Source: Octopus sinensis (Eukaryota). Taken from it: DNA of 64,000 bases. The stretch covers positions 2,046,001-2,110,000 of the forward strand of contig NC_043015.1 in the NCBI RefSeq assembly GCF_006345805.1, written 5' to 3'. Below are positions 1-12,899 of this stretch, piece by piece; the stretch's first letter is position 1; each line of letters opens with the position of its first letter. The translations under genes were made by a program, and so were the position numbers. The notes under the pieces are model-generated. The model did not search any database, was not told the DNA's origin, and worked only from the letters and a program-made list of their open reading frames with translations.

Positions 1-744
1 AAGCAAGAGACGCAATAGATAATATTGCTGGAGGTGCAGGTGAAGGAGTGGATAATGGGATAGGGTCGATGGTGGGTGCTAGTGAGGAGAGTGGTGTTGG
101 AGAGGTAAGGGCAAGTGCGGCAACGTGGGCGGGAGCAGAGGAACGAGCCGGGTTGGGAGGTGGGGTCAGGGAAGGAGCTATGGACCAAGAGGTCTCGAAG
201 GTTGTGGGCTCGTTTGAAAGAGGGGAGGGGTCGGTTAGGGAAGAGGTGTGAAGTGGACGGGTCGGACTGGAGATGACGGAAAGCTCGAAGAATGGTGCGT
301 TGGAGAGGTAGGGTCGTGGGGTGGTAAGTGAGGGAAAAAGGGAGGCGGGAGACTACAGGGCGGGTTCGGGGAGAGAGAGCAGATACACGGTCCACGGACC
401 GTGCTCTGGCAAGGGCGGTGTGGATAGTGGTGAGGGGGTATCAACGTAGGGTGAAGTGGTGAGCCATACGTTGAGACTGAGTCTCAAAGTCATGGTCGTC
501 ACTACAGAGCCTACGTAGACGGAGGAATTGGGAATAGGGGATGGAAAGCTTGGTGTGTTCTGGGTGGGTGGGAGGAAGAGAAGTTGAGGTATGAGTGTGA
601 GTCTGTGTGTTTGTAGTGAATGGAAGTGGTAAGAGTGGAGTGAAGAATGCTAACCGAAATGTCGAGGAAGGAGACAGAGGTGTTGGAGATAGTGGAAGTG
701 AAGTGGAGGGCTGGATGGAAAGATTGGACGAAAGAGAGGAAGGA
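1..744 (-). mobile_element. Penelope-like retroelement fragment (RT thumb through start of GIY-YIG endonuclease), 5'-truncated at an (AT)n tract and running off the window edge
   Basis: Minus-strand translation gives [33 protein letters not shown], then after a frameshift HTKLSIPYSQFLRLRRLCSDD, then FKRAHNLRDLLVHS...RPRCRTC...FTCTSSNIIYCVSC. These are typical PLE motifs. Confidence 0.9.
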
Positions 745-832
745 ATCTATATATATATATGCTTATATCAGCATGGCCGCCACAGCTCTGAAACTAGAAA
801 AAAATATATATATACACACATATATGCACACT

Positions 833-868
<36 letters not shown>

Positions 869-894
869 CACACATATATGCACACTTATATATA

Positions 895-955
<61 letters not shown>

Positions 956-960
956 GTATA
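745..960. repeat. (AT)n microsatellite with a short internal duplication
   Basis: Direct reading; acacacatatatgcacactt occurs twice. Confidence 0.95.
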
Positions 961-1199
961 TGTATATACCCAATATAAAACAGTGTACATTTAACCACAA
1001 GGGAAAACTACCTTTAACAGGTAATTTTTGCACGCTAGAAGAAGCAGTCAAAACGACCAAGACCACAAGTCCAAATTATTAATTAATTATTATAATATGA
1101 ATACATTTAATATTTAGTAGACATGCCCTTTGCATCTTTCTATAAAAGGACGTTATAAAACATGTCACTGATCAGATGACGAATATTCTCTTGCAGTAT

Positions 1200-1700
1200 T
1201 TCTTGCCAGGTTTCATGCACTAATCTCAAAATATCTGACTTTGGATATGCCTTCTTGTTCTTTTAATGAAGTGCATTTCCATTATGTTCCAGGGGTGCTC
1301 GATAGAGTTCATATTTGGTGACTGGCTTGGCCACGGAAGCTTTTTAATACCTTATTGATCCAAGAAATCTTGGGTCATCCTAACCATACGACTAGGAGCC
1401 CTATCTTCCACAAATAAAGAGTATCCTTTAATCATTTCAGCACAGGAGAAGATGGAAGTCCTTTCTAAAATATGGACACGTATTTATCCTAGTTTATGTT
1501 TCCCTTTCACTCCACCAGCTCTGTTCAACCATTCCTCCAAATTGCACAGAATGGCTGCGGTGTTTCATTGTTGGCTGCAATCTTTTCACATTAACTGCTT
1601 CGTCACAGAGTCCCATACCCACACTCAACCACTCTCAGTAAATACAGCAAATCTTTACTCATGTCTAAATTTCTAGTGGTCTGTCCACTATATAATTGTC
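1200..1700 (-). pseudogene. Degraded Tc1-type DDE transposase
   Basis: Minus strand LPWPSQSPNMNSIEHPW matches Tc1 WPSQSPDLNPIEHLW. PTMKHRSHSVQFGG resembles TVKHGGGSVMVWG. Multiple stops and frameshifts. Confidence 0.75.
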
Positions 1701-2074
1701 CCAATCTTTATTCCGCTTGGCTGGTTGAAACAGTGGTTTCCTTTATGCTGCTTTGCTATAGTAACCAACTTTGTGCAAATACCCAGCTGTTGTGGGACTT
1801 GCAATGAGAATTATACTGCCCACAAGCCTTATCAACGAGAATGATCCAGAAAGTCCACGTAATGTAGAATGCTTATTTAAATATTATTTATTATGTTAGT
1901 ATTTATTATACATTTTTTCATTAATTATATATAGGTAACTGGACGTTATTTTAGCATGTTTGTGAAGTTTCATGAACATTCATTAACTGGTGTAGAAGGC
2001 AACTTGATACAAAGTGTCAAACAACAGTCATGTTGCTATCATATATGTATAATACACACACACACGCATATACT

Positions 2075-2131
<57 letters not shown>

Positions 2132-2214
2132 CCATCATTATTAACTGGTACGTATATCTCTAACTTAATTTTAAAATTCACCGATATATGCATGTATATA
2201 TACGTATACATACA

Positions 2215-2256
<42 letters not shown>

Positions 2257-2287
2257 ATATTTATATGTGTGTGTGTGTGTGTTTGTT

Positions 2288-2456
2288 TCTTTTACTTGTT
2301 TCAGTCTTTTGACTGCGACCATGCTGGTGAATCGCCTTTAGTCGAACGAATCGAGCCCAGGACTTATTCATTATAAGCATAGTATTATTCTATTGACGTA
2401 AGCACACCAACATCGCTTGTCAAGTGATGGTGGTGGAAAACGCAAACACACATAGA

Positions 2457-2499
<43 letters not shown>

Positions 2500-2656
2500 T
2501 ACGATGGTCTTTCTTCAGTTTCCATCTACCAAATCCAAAGTCTTTGGTCTGCTGGAGGCTATAGTAGAAGACACTTGCCTAAGGTGCAATGCAGACGGAA
2601 TGAATACGGAAACATATGGTTGGGAAGCAAGTTTATTACAGCACAGCCACTCCTGC
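2288..2656 (-). mobile_element. tRNA-derived SINE, family A (internal CA/TA microsatellite)
   Basis: Homologous to copies at 24193, 49075 and 50402: head gcaggagtggctgtg, ggtagacggaaactgaagaa segment, tail agtcaaatgactgaaacaagtaaaag. Confidence 0.85.
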
Positions 2657-2715
2657 ATATATAAATATATACATATATATGTAAACACACACACATAAAT
2701 ATATTCATATCATAC

Positions 2716-2748
<33 letters not shown>

Positions 2749-2759
2749 ATATATATATA

Positions 2760-2819
<60 letters not shown>

Positions 2820-3744
2820 GTATGTATGTATGTATTTATGTATGTATATATATAAACATTCACGTAATTGCATATCTCAATATTTATACAGGTATATATC
2901 TGCAGGTATGTATATATGTATACATACACAGACACACACCTACAGAGAATGATGAGAAAAATCGATAAACATGTCCTCTTCACAAGGAGACCAGCGCACA
3001 CGTTTTTCACGCATGTTCTTAAACATAACTGTGTACTAATTCTGCGTCTATGTGTGTGCATATATGTTTGTTTCTATGCCTTGCTGCTTGTGTCTGTGTG
3101 TCTGTCGCTTATGTATGTGAAAGTGCACAGGAATATTTGTTACATATAAATATTATTACTGATCAAATTCAGAGCGATTTTGTACAAGCAAGTATTATTA
3201 CTGTTTTTTCTTTTATCTTCTATAACTCACTTTGATATTGAACAAATGTTTAAGTACCGTTAAATATCATCACACTAGCCAATAAATAGTTGATGCGCGT
3301 TGCAATCGTATTATAACGAGGCCATATATTTAATATAATGCATTGTCGTTTGTCACAATTTGTGACTATTGTTTCCTTTATTCATTTTGTTCTTTCCATC
3401 TTGCAGTTTACAATAATATCCACGTGGTTTTCTAAACATATTACGATGCCATAGATTTATACTGTCAGATCTAATACAGTTAATGGTGTTTTTCTTTTAG
3501 TTAATAACAGCAGAAAGCATTAAAGTACTTTACTTGGAATCGGATTATTTATTTATTATTTTATTCTCCGGATATAACACATTAAATATGCGTTTCTCAG
3601 TTTTAGGTGTGTAAGGTTATGCTGGCTTGTAATGCATTAACCGAGGGCTTAGCAGATTTTGCAATGTTGGTATGTGTTTCAAGAATTTTCTTAATATATT
3701 CTGCTCAACATATCTTTCATATTTCCTTTTAGCTTATTCTTGGT

Positions 3745-3959
3745 TCTGTAATTAGATTTCGGCCATGCTGCTGCACAGTCTTGAAGAACTTTTGTCGAAC
3801 AGCCCGACACTAGTAATGATTCTATTAAAGTCTGGTACATATTTGCGGTCTCTTCCGCCGAATCATTTGGTTACGGGGACATAAGCACACCAACACCATT
3901 TGTCAAACGGTGAGAAATTATCATTAACAGCCGCGCATACTAACACATTCACATACACA

Positions 3960-4012
<53 letters not shown>

Positions 4013-4170
4013 ACACACACGCACGCATATACGACAGTCGTCTTTCAGTTTTATCCTAGCAAATCCACTATCGAGATTTTGATCGGCCTGAGATCAAGGT
4101 GTAACTCAGGGTTAGTGAACCCTAAACCATGTGCTTGAAAACTTCTACTATGCAGTCACGCCTCCACCTG
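3745..4170 (-). mobile_element. Diverged SINE family A copy
   Basis: Same module order as 24193-24662 around a (CA)n tract at 3950-4020. Confidence 0.6.
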
Positions 4171-5667
4171 AGAAGTTTTAATTCAACCCATCATCACTCA
4201 CCTGGTCGTATACATATCTATTTGTGTGCGGTTCACATATTGTTGTTGTATTCAACAGTATTCGAAAATTGATTAGGGCCATTTCACTCTATCAGTCCAT
4301 AGTTTATATTTCTTTGTGTACATAGATTTTGGGTGAATAGATCCATCAAGTGTATAATGCAACAGGTTCTGGCTATTGCACTGAGCAATAGTTGCAATAA
4401 TCACTTTAGCTCATTCTCTATTTCTAATCACTTTACAAGGAACATGATGGGTTATTGCCAACAAATTTGTATTAAGTGAAAATGGAGAAACCTGGCAATG
4501 GATAAAGGACCAAGCAATGAATTCTAACTCAGCTAAATGTGCCACTGGTGCATACGGTATAATATGTGTTTTATTTTTTAATTGATGGCAGAAACTATTC
4601 GGTAGAGAAATCTAGATGAATCAGAGCAGCTAATTGCAATGATATATAGAGAGCAGCTCACAAATAATTTACAGGTCCTTAAAAATGCCCAGGGAAATAT
4701 CTGAAAATACTTGTCGACATAATCATTGATTGATGTCAGCAACCTCTAAGGTCTATATTAGCGTGGTTCAGATAACCTTTCTTTTTCGTCTTTTATATTT
4801 TATTATCTGCTTCTTCGCGTTCGGATCTCATTTTCCAAAGTGGCTTACAGTAGCAGCGTGGTTCTTTCACTGAATTCAGCGAAATTACTTTCTGTTGCAT
4901 ATTCTGGGGCCAGGTCAAAGGTTTAAGAATGTATTCTTAACCCTTTCACACTTGTCTCGGAAACTTTGTAATGGATAAGCTCAATAATATCCCCTGACGA
5001 AAACACTGATAAAGTACTTCGTCAGCTGAATCATAGCCTGGTCTAATGACAAACATTATGCATTAGTGAATTAATTAATTAGTCCTACATAAACGATGTT
5101 TCTGTATTGTGAATCCATAAACATAACAGTGCATATCCTGCAATATCGCTGCACCATAAAATCACGAATAATGCGGAAGGAATCGTTGAGAGTTGCCGTG
5201 ATTCGTTTCAAATGTTAATTTCGTGATGATCCTTATAGAACAGTAGAAATCTGTCATACACACTGAAGAATACAGGAAGTTAATCCAAGACATGTTGTGT
5301 ATTAATATGCAGTATGAGTGATGTCGATTTTCAACGCGGACACGCACGCGAACACACACACATGCGCATGCACTGAAACACACACAGACGTAGAAACACA
5401 GAATCACACACATTAAAACACACATCGTATCCAAAATATGTCTGTCTATCAGACGATCTATATAGAAGTCTGTAGAATTAGTATTACACACAACCTCGTG
5501 TGCACAAACACACGCACAAACATGCACACACAATCACATACATATTTGTAAATATATGCGTATGCACGTAACTATCTGTTATTAGAAGAAATAAGGTACT
5601 CAGAAACCTGGATGGTTTTATATTTACAGATATTTGTAAATATATGCGTATGAGCGTATGTATCTGT

Positions 5668-5895
5668 TATTAGAAGAAATAAGGTACTCAGAAATCTGGA
5701 TAGTTTTATATTTACTGATATTTGTTAATATGTCACAGTTTTTTTATAAATCATACATTAGAGCTTGCGTCCACTCTGACTCCACTAGAGTGGATGCAAG
5801 CGCTAATATGTGACTTATAAAATCATATGGCATATTAATAAATATACGTAAATATAAAACCATCCATATTTCTGAGTACCTCATTTCTTCTAATA
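5668..5895. repeat. ~228-bp foldback palindrome (MITE-like), with an 88-bp tandem duplication of its left side (5542/5630)
   Basis: Arms of ~110 bp are inverted complements around the 9-nt loop gactccact (5778-5786). Confidence 0.85.
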
Positions 5896-6600
5896 TATAA
5901 TAACTGTACATCATCTCCAAACCTTCTAATATATCTGTTATTATATACATATCAACATGGATGCAGCTCTATACCTGAAACCATTTAAAGGATATTTACT
6001 CGTAAATGCACACCATATACTCGTTTCATGTATTCGTGTTATTCATTGCACTTGTGCTGCATTCTTCGTATTCGTTCTCTTCTCTGATGTGATTTTTTTA
6101 TATTTGACTTTGCATTTTGTCTTACCCCACCACACACACACAAACACACACATACAAACACACACACACACACATACATATAGGACCACATTCGAAGAAT
6201 TACAGTCATTGAAGGTACATAGTAGAAAATAGCGGGTTGTATATGGAATTCTACATCCTCAACCCGGTAGAACCTCGTGTCCGTCATATTAATTAAAGTT
6301 ATTACGGTACATAATTCACTAGAAGAATTCTGAGATAAATCCGAACATGTACAACTCTCCCTATTCATCGTAACTGCTTACACACATATATATAATCACA
6401 CAAACAAATATCTGCCTAATATTCGTACATAGATATCTACTTCTGTATGTATTTTTGACCCTTTGAAATCTGATAAACAGGAACTAATCAGATATGATAA
6501 TTTATCAACGAAATTCAGAAAACCAATAGGAATGAAAATATAGTTGTTTTAGTTATGAAATGCATTCAATAGCTTCATCTTCATATATGGGTTGAATACA

Positions 6601-6813
6601 CAGGGTGTCCCAGAAGGCGCTCACCATTCTGGTTTTCATTAAAAATAATTAAAGCATTTTATTTTATTATATTTTTTCTGAATGTTTTATTGTAGAGGGT
6701 ACTCAATTTGTGCATTTGTTACGATTAATTTCAATAAATTAATATTCATTTGATATGAATAAGGGTGCATTCATTAAAAAAACAGGATGGTGCGCGACTT
6801 CTGGGATACCCTG
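6601..6813. mobile_element. Tc1/mariner-type MITE
   Basis: TIRs cagggtgtcccagaaggcgctcaccat / atggtgcgcgacttctgggataccctg. TA on the right flank, CA on the left (mutated TA). Confidence 0.8.
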
Positions 6814-6863
6814 TATATAACACACGCGCGATGAAATGCACACACACGCACACACACACACAC

Positions 6864-6908
<45 letters not shown>

Positions 6909-7229
6909 AACTCACGCACAGACGCATAAAGAAAATATATGAGTACTTACCATTTATGTCCAAAAATATACTCTTAGTTATTTGTTTCTGAAGTTTGCAT
7001 TTCATTAATTAATTTACCAACTCCATTTACATCTAGACCCCTTTGACTCACTGTGCTTTTTGTTGTTGTTTTGTTTTTTGCTTTTTTACCGATACTATTA
7101 ACAGCAACATTAAAAATTTTAGCTATTACCATTATATCAACAACAGCATCATCTCCACACATCCTTTCACCGCTACTTCTTAAACACTATGACCCCATCA
7201 CAGCCACACTAGAACCAAGCAGCAGTAGT

Positions 7230-7565
7230 GGACGCGCAGTGGCCCAGTGGTTAAGGCAGCGGACTTGCGGTCGGAGGATCACGGTTTCGATTCCCAGACC
7301 GGGCGTTGTGTGTGTTCATCGAGCGAAAACACCTAAAGTTCCACGAGACTCCGGCAGGGGGTGGTGGCGACACCTGTTATACTCATTCGTCCCAACTTTA
7401 TCTCACTCTTTCTTCCTGTTTCTTGTCCCCGACTTCCTATGCGCATTCATCCACCCGTCGATGCTCTCGGTGTCGGGGGTTGACCTGCTTTCTCTTCTGC
7501 GGGTCTTACGAATAGCTCTGGGACGAAGACCGTTCGCTCAACAGCAACAGGAGCAGTAACAGCAC
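7230..7565 (+). mobile_element. tRNA(Arg)-like SINE, family B, tail type 1
   Basis: A-box tggcccagtgg, B-box ggtttcgattccc, shared core aaaacacctaaagttccacgag, ends in (caa/cag)n. Confidence 0.85.
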
Positions 7566-8068
7566 CACAATACTATCCCCAGTGAGGTCCCAGCAACATA
7601 TAAGATACGAATAAGATATATATATATAATAAGCAACATATAAGATACGAATACGCAATACTGTACAGACAAACCTATTCGCTGTAATTTGATATGTTCG
7701 TATTTACATCTATATCTTCTTCAAATCACAATATACCATCTTTAAAAAAATTTCAGACGTTATCAGACGTAGATCTTGATACATAAAAAACGGTATAGTC
7801 ATGGCTGGATTGCTTTAGAGCATAGGTTTACTCGATCGGGCGTGACATATCATGTCGTTAAAATAAAACATGAACAACAACTATTTCTACAAGTAGCTGA
7901 AATAAAATAGTTTTCTTATCTTTTTTGATAAGTTCAGTTTCGTCTGTAAAATTGTTTATACGTGTGTGTGTGTGCTCGTGTTCAAATGCATGTATTCATG
8001 TTTATGTATTAATGCATATATGCACGTGCGTTTGCATATATGTGAGACACACACCCACACGCACATAT

Positions 8069-8131
<63 letters not shown>

Positions 8132-8274
8132 GTCTCTCTTTGCCTGTGTACGTGTATTTGTGTGTGCATATACATAGGTGTATGTATATATAGGTGCTGT
8201 TTTTTATTAGGTTTTATATAAAGAGGAGTGTATAAAAATATATATATATATATATATACATAGAGATAGACACA

Positions 8275-8330
8275 AAGACAGATAGACAGTTAGATAGACA
8301 GATTGATAAATAGATTCATAGATAGATAAC

Positions 8331-8364
<34 letters not shown>

Positions 8365-8365
8365 T
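8275..8365. repeat. (GATA)n microsatellite
   Basis: Direct reading. Confidence 0.9.
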
Positions 8366-8754
8366 AGTTATAAATATGAAAAGAAATTTCAAGGAACTCA
8401 TAAATTGATGATTATTTTTCAGAGTTTATAAGAGCTACAAAAATTCTTTGGATTTTACTCTTAATCTTTTTGTCTTTTTATATCTTCTATTATATACATT
8501 TTTCCTTTTCTGCTTAGAGTGTATTTTATATATAAAATTTTAATAATATATAAAATAGCATTCAATAAATTATTTTTCTTCCGATCTGATAAATTTTCCT
8601 CCTTCATTTTTTATTTTTTATTTTTTGTATTTGGAGAGGATAAGTACAAAAATAGAAAGAAAACGGAATATATGAGTTCGTAAAATAAAATATTTTATAC
8701 GACGTTATATTCGTCCTTATAAGTGTATATATATATATATATTATATATATATA

Positions 8755-8786
<32 letters not shown>

Positions 8787-8859
8787 GTATACTTATAAAT
8801 AAATAAAGAACATAAATACACACACGCACACTGACGCACAAAAAGACACACACAGAGAA

Positions 8860-8900
<41 letters not shown>

Positions 8901-10326
8901 TACAGATGCATATATGTATATGTATATATGAGTGCTTATATATATTTACTTACACATACACACATGTCTATGCATAGATACTGTGTACGTGTCTGTAAAC
9001 ACCATCATAATGTGTACCTATTTCAGGTATTGGCATCCTTCATTAAATTCAAGTTTATTTCCTATGACTTGCAAGTATATTGAGTAGAGGTTTTATAAAT
9101 TTCCTGATAGCGAACCTGAAGATTTTTAAAGAAAAATTTAGGATACGGTTTCCTGGCACAACCTATGTGCAAGTATGTTTTCCTAGTACCTTCTTATATA
9201 ATCTCTCCGAGTGAAAAAATAAAAGAAATTAAAAAGTTCATTTCTCTTCGGGTTCTCACTATTCCCTTGCCAAGGAAATCGATCACAAATTTAATGACCA
9301 ACACCTTAATGACAGATGACATCTCTTGCGGATTTGAAATAGCCTTCACTAAAATATTGATTGACGTAAATTTACTTCAGTCACGCCGAGAATGCTCCCA
9401 GGAAAGGCGTGAAAATTAAACTCATTTCTATCAGAAATATAGAAACTTCAAACCATGTCGAACAGAAACCAACAAGTAATTAAATATTTAATATTGATCA
9501 AATTAATTTTATTGTGAAAATTAATTAGATTCAGAAAATTAATTAATTATTGCTTTCCCCGATTGTAAATGAAAACTAAACAAAAATGTTAAATGATGTA
9601 ACTCGACTTTATAAGTGAAAATTTTGAAAATTCATGATTGTTTTATAAATTTTATTGGAGCTATGAATTAAGAATTGCGCTAGGGATTATTTATTTCTTG
9701 AAATTGTTTCACAAGGGATTTGATTTGAAATGGAAAGTTAGAATAAGTTTTGCCGTAAATTTAGAAATAACAAAACAGGTAGCAATGAAATAAGCAGAAA
9801 TCAAACATTTAAATAAACTATTTTTGTTGAGTTTTAGTACCACACCTCTACTAGCTTTTCCTTAATGGTTTGTCGAAATATTACAACCGTCCTCGCACAA
9901 ATGCTTTCGTAATTTTTTTATCGTTCCCGAAATATTTTGGTTGAAGTCCACTGTCTGAACTCAGACATTAAACATACAAGAAGAACGCTATAACTTGTTT
10001 TATCTCCCAATCTAGGAATAGCAGAAAATAATGACTTAATCGAATCTTTACGCTAGTTATGATAGGCTATATATTAGTGCTAGATGTAAATCGATGAAGT
10101 ATAGACCAAGTAATATTTTACTGTGGCTAGAAATTTGATAAAAGATACCGATCGTATTAGCAGTTGAAATTAGAGAAAGTACTCAGCTATACCAATACTT
10201 TTTATTTATGGATATTGAATGCTATTGAATTCCATTCCAACTTTAATAAACCTCACGCATACTGGGGAAGGAATTCGAAGATAATGTTGTGTCCGGTTTC
10301 AAGCAATATTTGTATTTATATTATGT

Positions 10327-10708
10327 GGAGGCGCAATGGCACAGTGGTTAGGGCAGCGGACTCGCGGTCATAGGATCGCGGTTTCGATTCCCAGACCGGT
10401 CGTTGTGAGTGTTTATTGAGCGAAAACACCTAAAGCTCCACGAGGCTCCGGAAGGGGATGGTGGTGATCCCTGCTGTACTCTTTCACCACAACTTTCTCT
10501 CACTCTTACTTCCTGTTTCTGTTGTACCTGTATTTCAAAGGGCCGGTCTTGTCACTCTCTCTGTCACGCTGAATATCCCCGAGAACTACGTTAAGGGTAC
10601 ACGTGTCTGTGGAGTGCTCAGCCACTTACACGTTAATTTCACGAGCAAGCTGTTCCGTTGATTCGGATCAACCGGAACCCTCGTCGTGGGAACCGACGGA
10701 GTGCTTCC
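10327..10708 (+). mobile_element. SINE family B, tail type 2
   Basis: Head and core shared with the 7230 copy; different 3' region (cacgctgaatatccccgag...gaaccctcgtcg). Confidence 0.85.
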
Positions 10709-10924
10709 ATTTTTATTATATAATGTAGAAGAATGTAAACCTTAATGAACTTCGGTGAGTCTTGAACTCAGACATCAAAACGCGCACATGAATATCTCAA
10801 GACTATAACCTTTAGAACGTTTCTCTTTGAATTGTGACTATTCATCTGCTCATATTGAATTCGAATAAATACTACTTACATTATTTACATTTGACGGATA
10901 TTTGTCCTCATCTTGTTTGTTGTT

Positions 10925-10970
10925 AACACAACGTTTCGGCTGATATACCCTCCATCCTTCATCAGGTGTC
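10925..10970 (-). ncRNA. Minimal type-I hammerhead ribozyme (SINE family)
   Basis: gacac CUGAUGA a ggatg..cagcc GAAA CGUU gtgtt; one mismatch in stem II. Confidence 0.7.
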
Positions 10971-11026
10971 TTGGAGAAATTTCGAACCTGAATATTCAAT
11001 CCTAAGGTATTTTTCGATGTTGTTGT

Positions 11027-11059
<33 letters not shown>

Positions 11060-11145
11060 TATTATTATAATTCAGGTAACTGCCTGGAATCGAACTTGGA
11101 ATATTGGTGTTAGTAAACCGCGCTCTTAACCACTACGCCATATTT

Positions 11146-11189
11146 CACCTGATGAAGGCTGGAGGATATATCAGCCGAAACGTTGTGTT
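11146..11189 (+). ncRNA. Minimal type-I hammerhead ribozyme (stem I clipped at the inversion junction)
   Basis: cac CUGAUGA a ggctg gaggatatat cagcc GAAA CGUU gtg. Confidence 0.7.
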
Positions 11190-11502
11190 AACAACAAACA
11201 AAATGAGGACAAATATAAGACAAAGGTAAATATTGTAAATAATGTACATAATTCCTCGTTTCTTAAAAATAGGACTGAATTCGAATGAAAAATACAAAAG
11301 AAAAAAAAACAAAATGAGACACCGTGCAAATTCTATATGAAAGCAACCACTCCATACATTACGGGATCTGGCAAGACATGAAGTGATAGACCAGATGACA
11401 TATCTGATAGAGAAAATTAAGTTGATTTTTACCTACTATTAAAAAGAAGAGGATGGAGAGGGATAATCACAAACATTCCAGCTATAATATATCATCTTTT
11501 AA

Positions 11503-11704
11503 GAGCGGCGAGCTGGCAGAATCATTATCACACCGGGCGAAATGTTTAGAGGTATTTCATCTGCCGCTATTTCATACTGAGTCCAAATTTCGCCGAGATC
11601 GATTTTGCCTTTCAGCCTTTCGGGCTCGATTAAATAAGTACCAGTTACGCACCCGGGTTGAAGTAGTCGACTTAATTACTTTGTCTGACCTTGTTTGTCT
11701 CATC
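11503..11704 (+). mobile_element. tRNA-derived SINE, family C
   Basis: ggcgagctggcagaatc...gagtccaaatt...aagtaccagttacgcac; homologous to 63447-63680. Confidence 0.85.
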
Positions 11705-12156
11705 AAACATGCGGGCAAATACAGAAATAGATATAGTATCTTTTATTTTCAGGGCTAATGAATCTAGGTTAATGTGATCAAATGAATCCAAATTCAACGC
11801 AGCCGTGATGGAAAAGTTCACAGCTAGTGGTATATGTTTCAGTGATCCCAAATGCTGATAACTTAAGTTATGTGATTTACTGCCCATGCGATAAGCCAGT
11901 CTCACATCCTTGTCATACACATGCCAGGACACAGACACATGACAAAAGAGGAATAGCGCATGCATACAATAATGCACGCGCCCACAGAGACACATTTGCA
12001 GGCAAACATACACACACACATATATATAATTGTGTCTATCTATATATCTATCTATCTATGTATCTATCTCTCTCTCTATATATATATATACACGTATGTA
12101 TGTGTGTCTATCTACCTCTCTGTCTCTCTGTCTCTCTGTATATATATATATATATA

Positions 12157-12223
<67 letters not shown>

Positions 12224-12639
12224 TGTGGTGTGTGTGTGTGTTGTGTGTGTATGTGTGTGTGTGTATGTATTTTAGCTAATTCTTTTCCAAATGAATTTCA
12301 GCCTCACAACGGTTGTTTGCGGTATGTGCCAAGAAATCAACTGCAAACATGTTCTACCTTGCCGTACATATTTACAGGTAGACACTACGAGGTACACAGT
12401 TCAGACCTTTCCCTACAAAATTATATTTTTCGTTTTACTTTGCCATACTTTCCCCTGCATTGGTTTCACATATATCGTTTCAAATCTACCGACATCATAG
12501 GAAGTAAAATTCCGTTCTCCTTCTATAAATAATTTTGGAATGGTTTGAATTTACGTTGCTCTAGCACTGTTAGAAAAGGGGCATGTCAAACAGTAGACTC
12601 GCCCTTTCCTCTATGCGTCGCAAAAGACGACTGAAAATG

Positions 12640-12815
12640 GATGGGATAAGATTTGCATCGAGAAACTGTAAAACAGTCACTAGCAACGGCTAGAAAAACC
12701 GACCCGTTTGTCCTTACACCAGCGCTTGACAACCAGTAGGGGGTGGCATTTTATTGACTAAAACACTCCAAGGCGGTACCCTAGCATGGCTGTAGTCAAA
12801 TGACTGAAACAATTA
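12640..12815 (+). mobile_element. Diverged 3' part of SINE family A
   Basis: cttgacaacc...ggcggtaccctagcatggctgtagtcaaatgactgaaacaa. Confidence 0.55.
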
Positions 12816-12899
12816 AGATATAATATAATATAATATAATATAATATAATATAATATTATATATATATTAATATAATATAATATTATATATATATATATA

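Larger units (their letters stand above)
10856..11286. mobile_element. tRNA-headed, hammerhead-bearing SINE (minus, ~10877-11143) plus inverted copy of its 3' tail (plus, 11146-11277), bounded by direct repeat tgaattcgaat
   Basis: Minus strand: A-box tggcgtagtgg, B-box aagttcgattcc, (ATT)n, HHR. The 11-bp direct repeat lies at 10856-10866 and 11276-11286. Confidence 0.85.

Noticed and set aside
4995-5026. ctgacga...tcgtcag, hammerhead-like on both strands
   Set aside because: No GAAA box or stems in the right order; just a short inverted repeat.
7230-7300. tRNA-like sequences here and at 10327, 48556 and 51592
   Set aside because: They have A/B boxes but no acceptor-stem closure and continue into repeat bodies; these are SINE heads, not tRNA genes.
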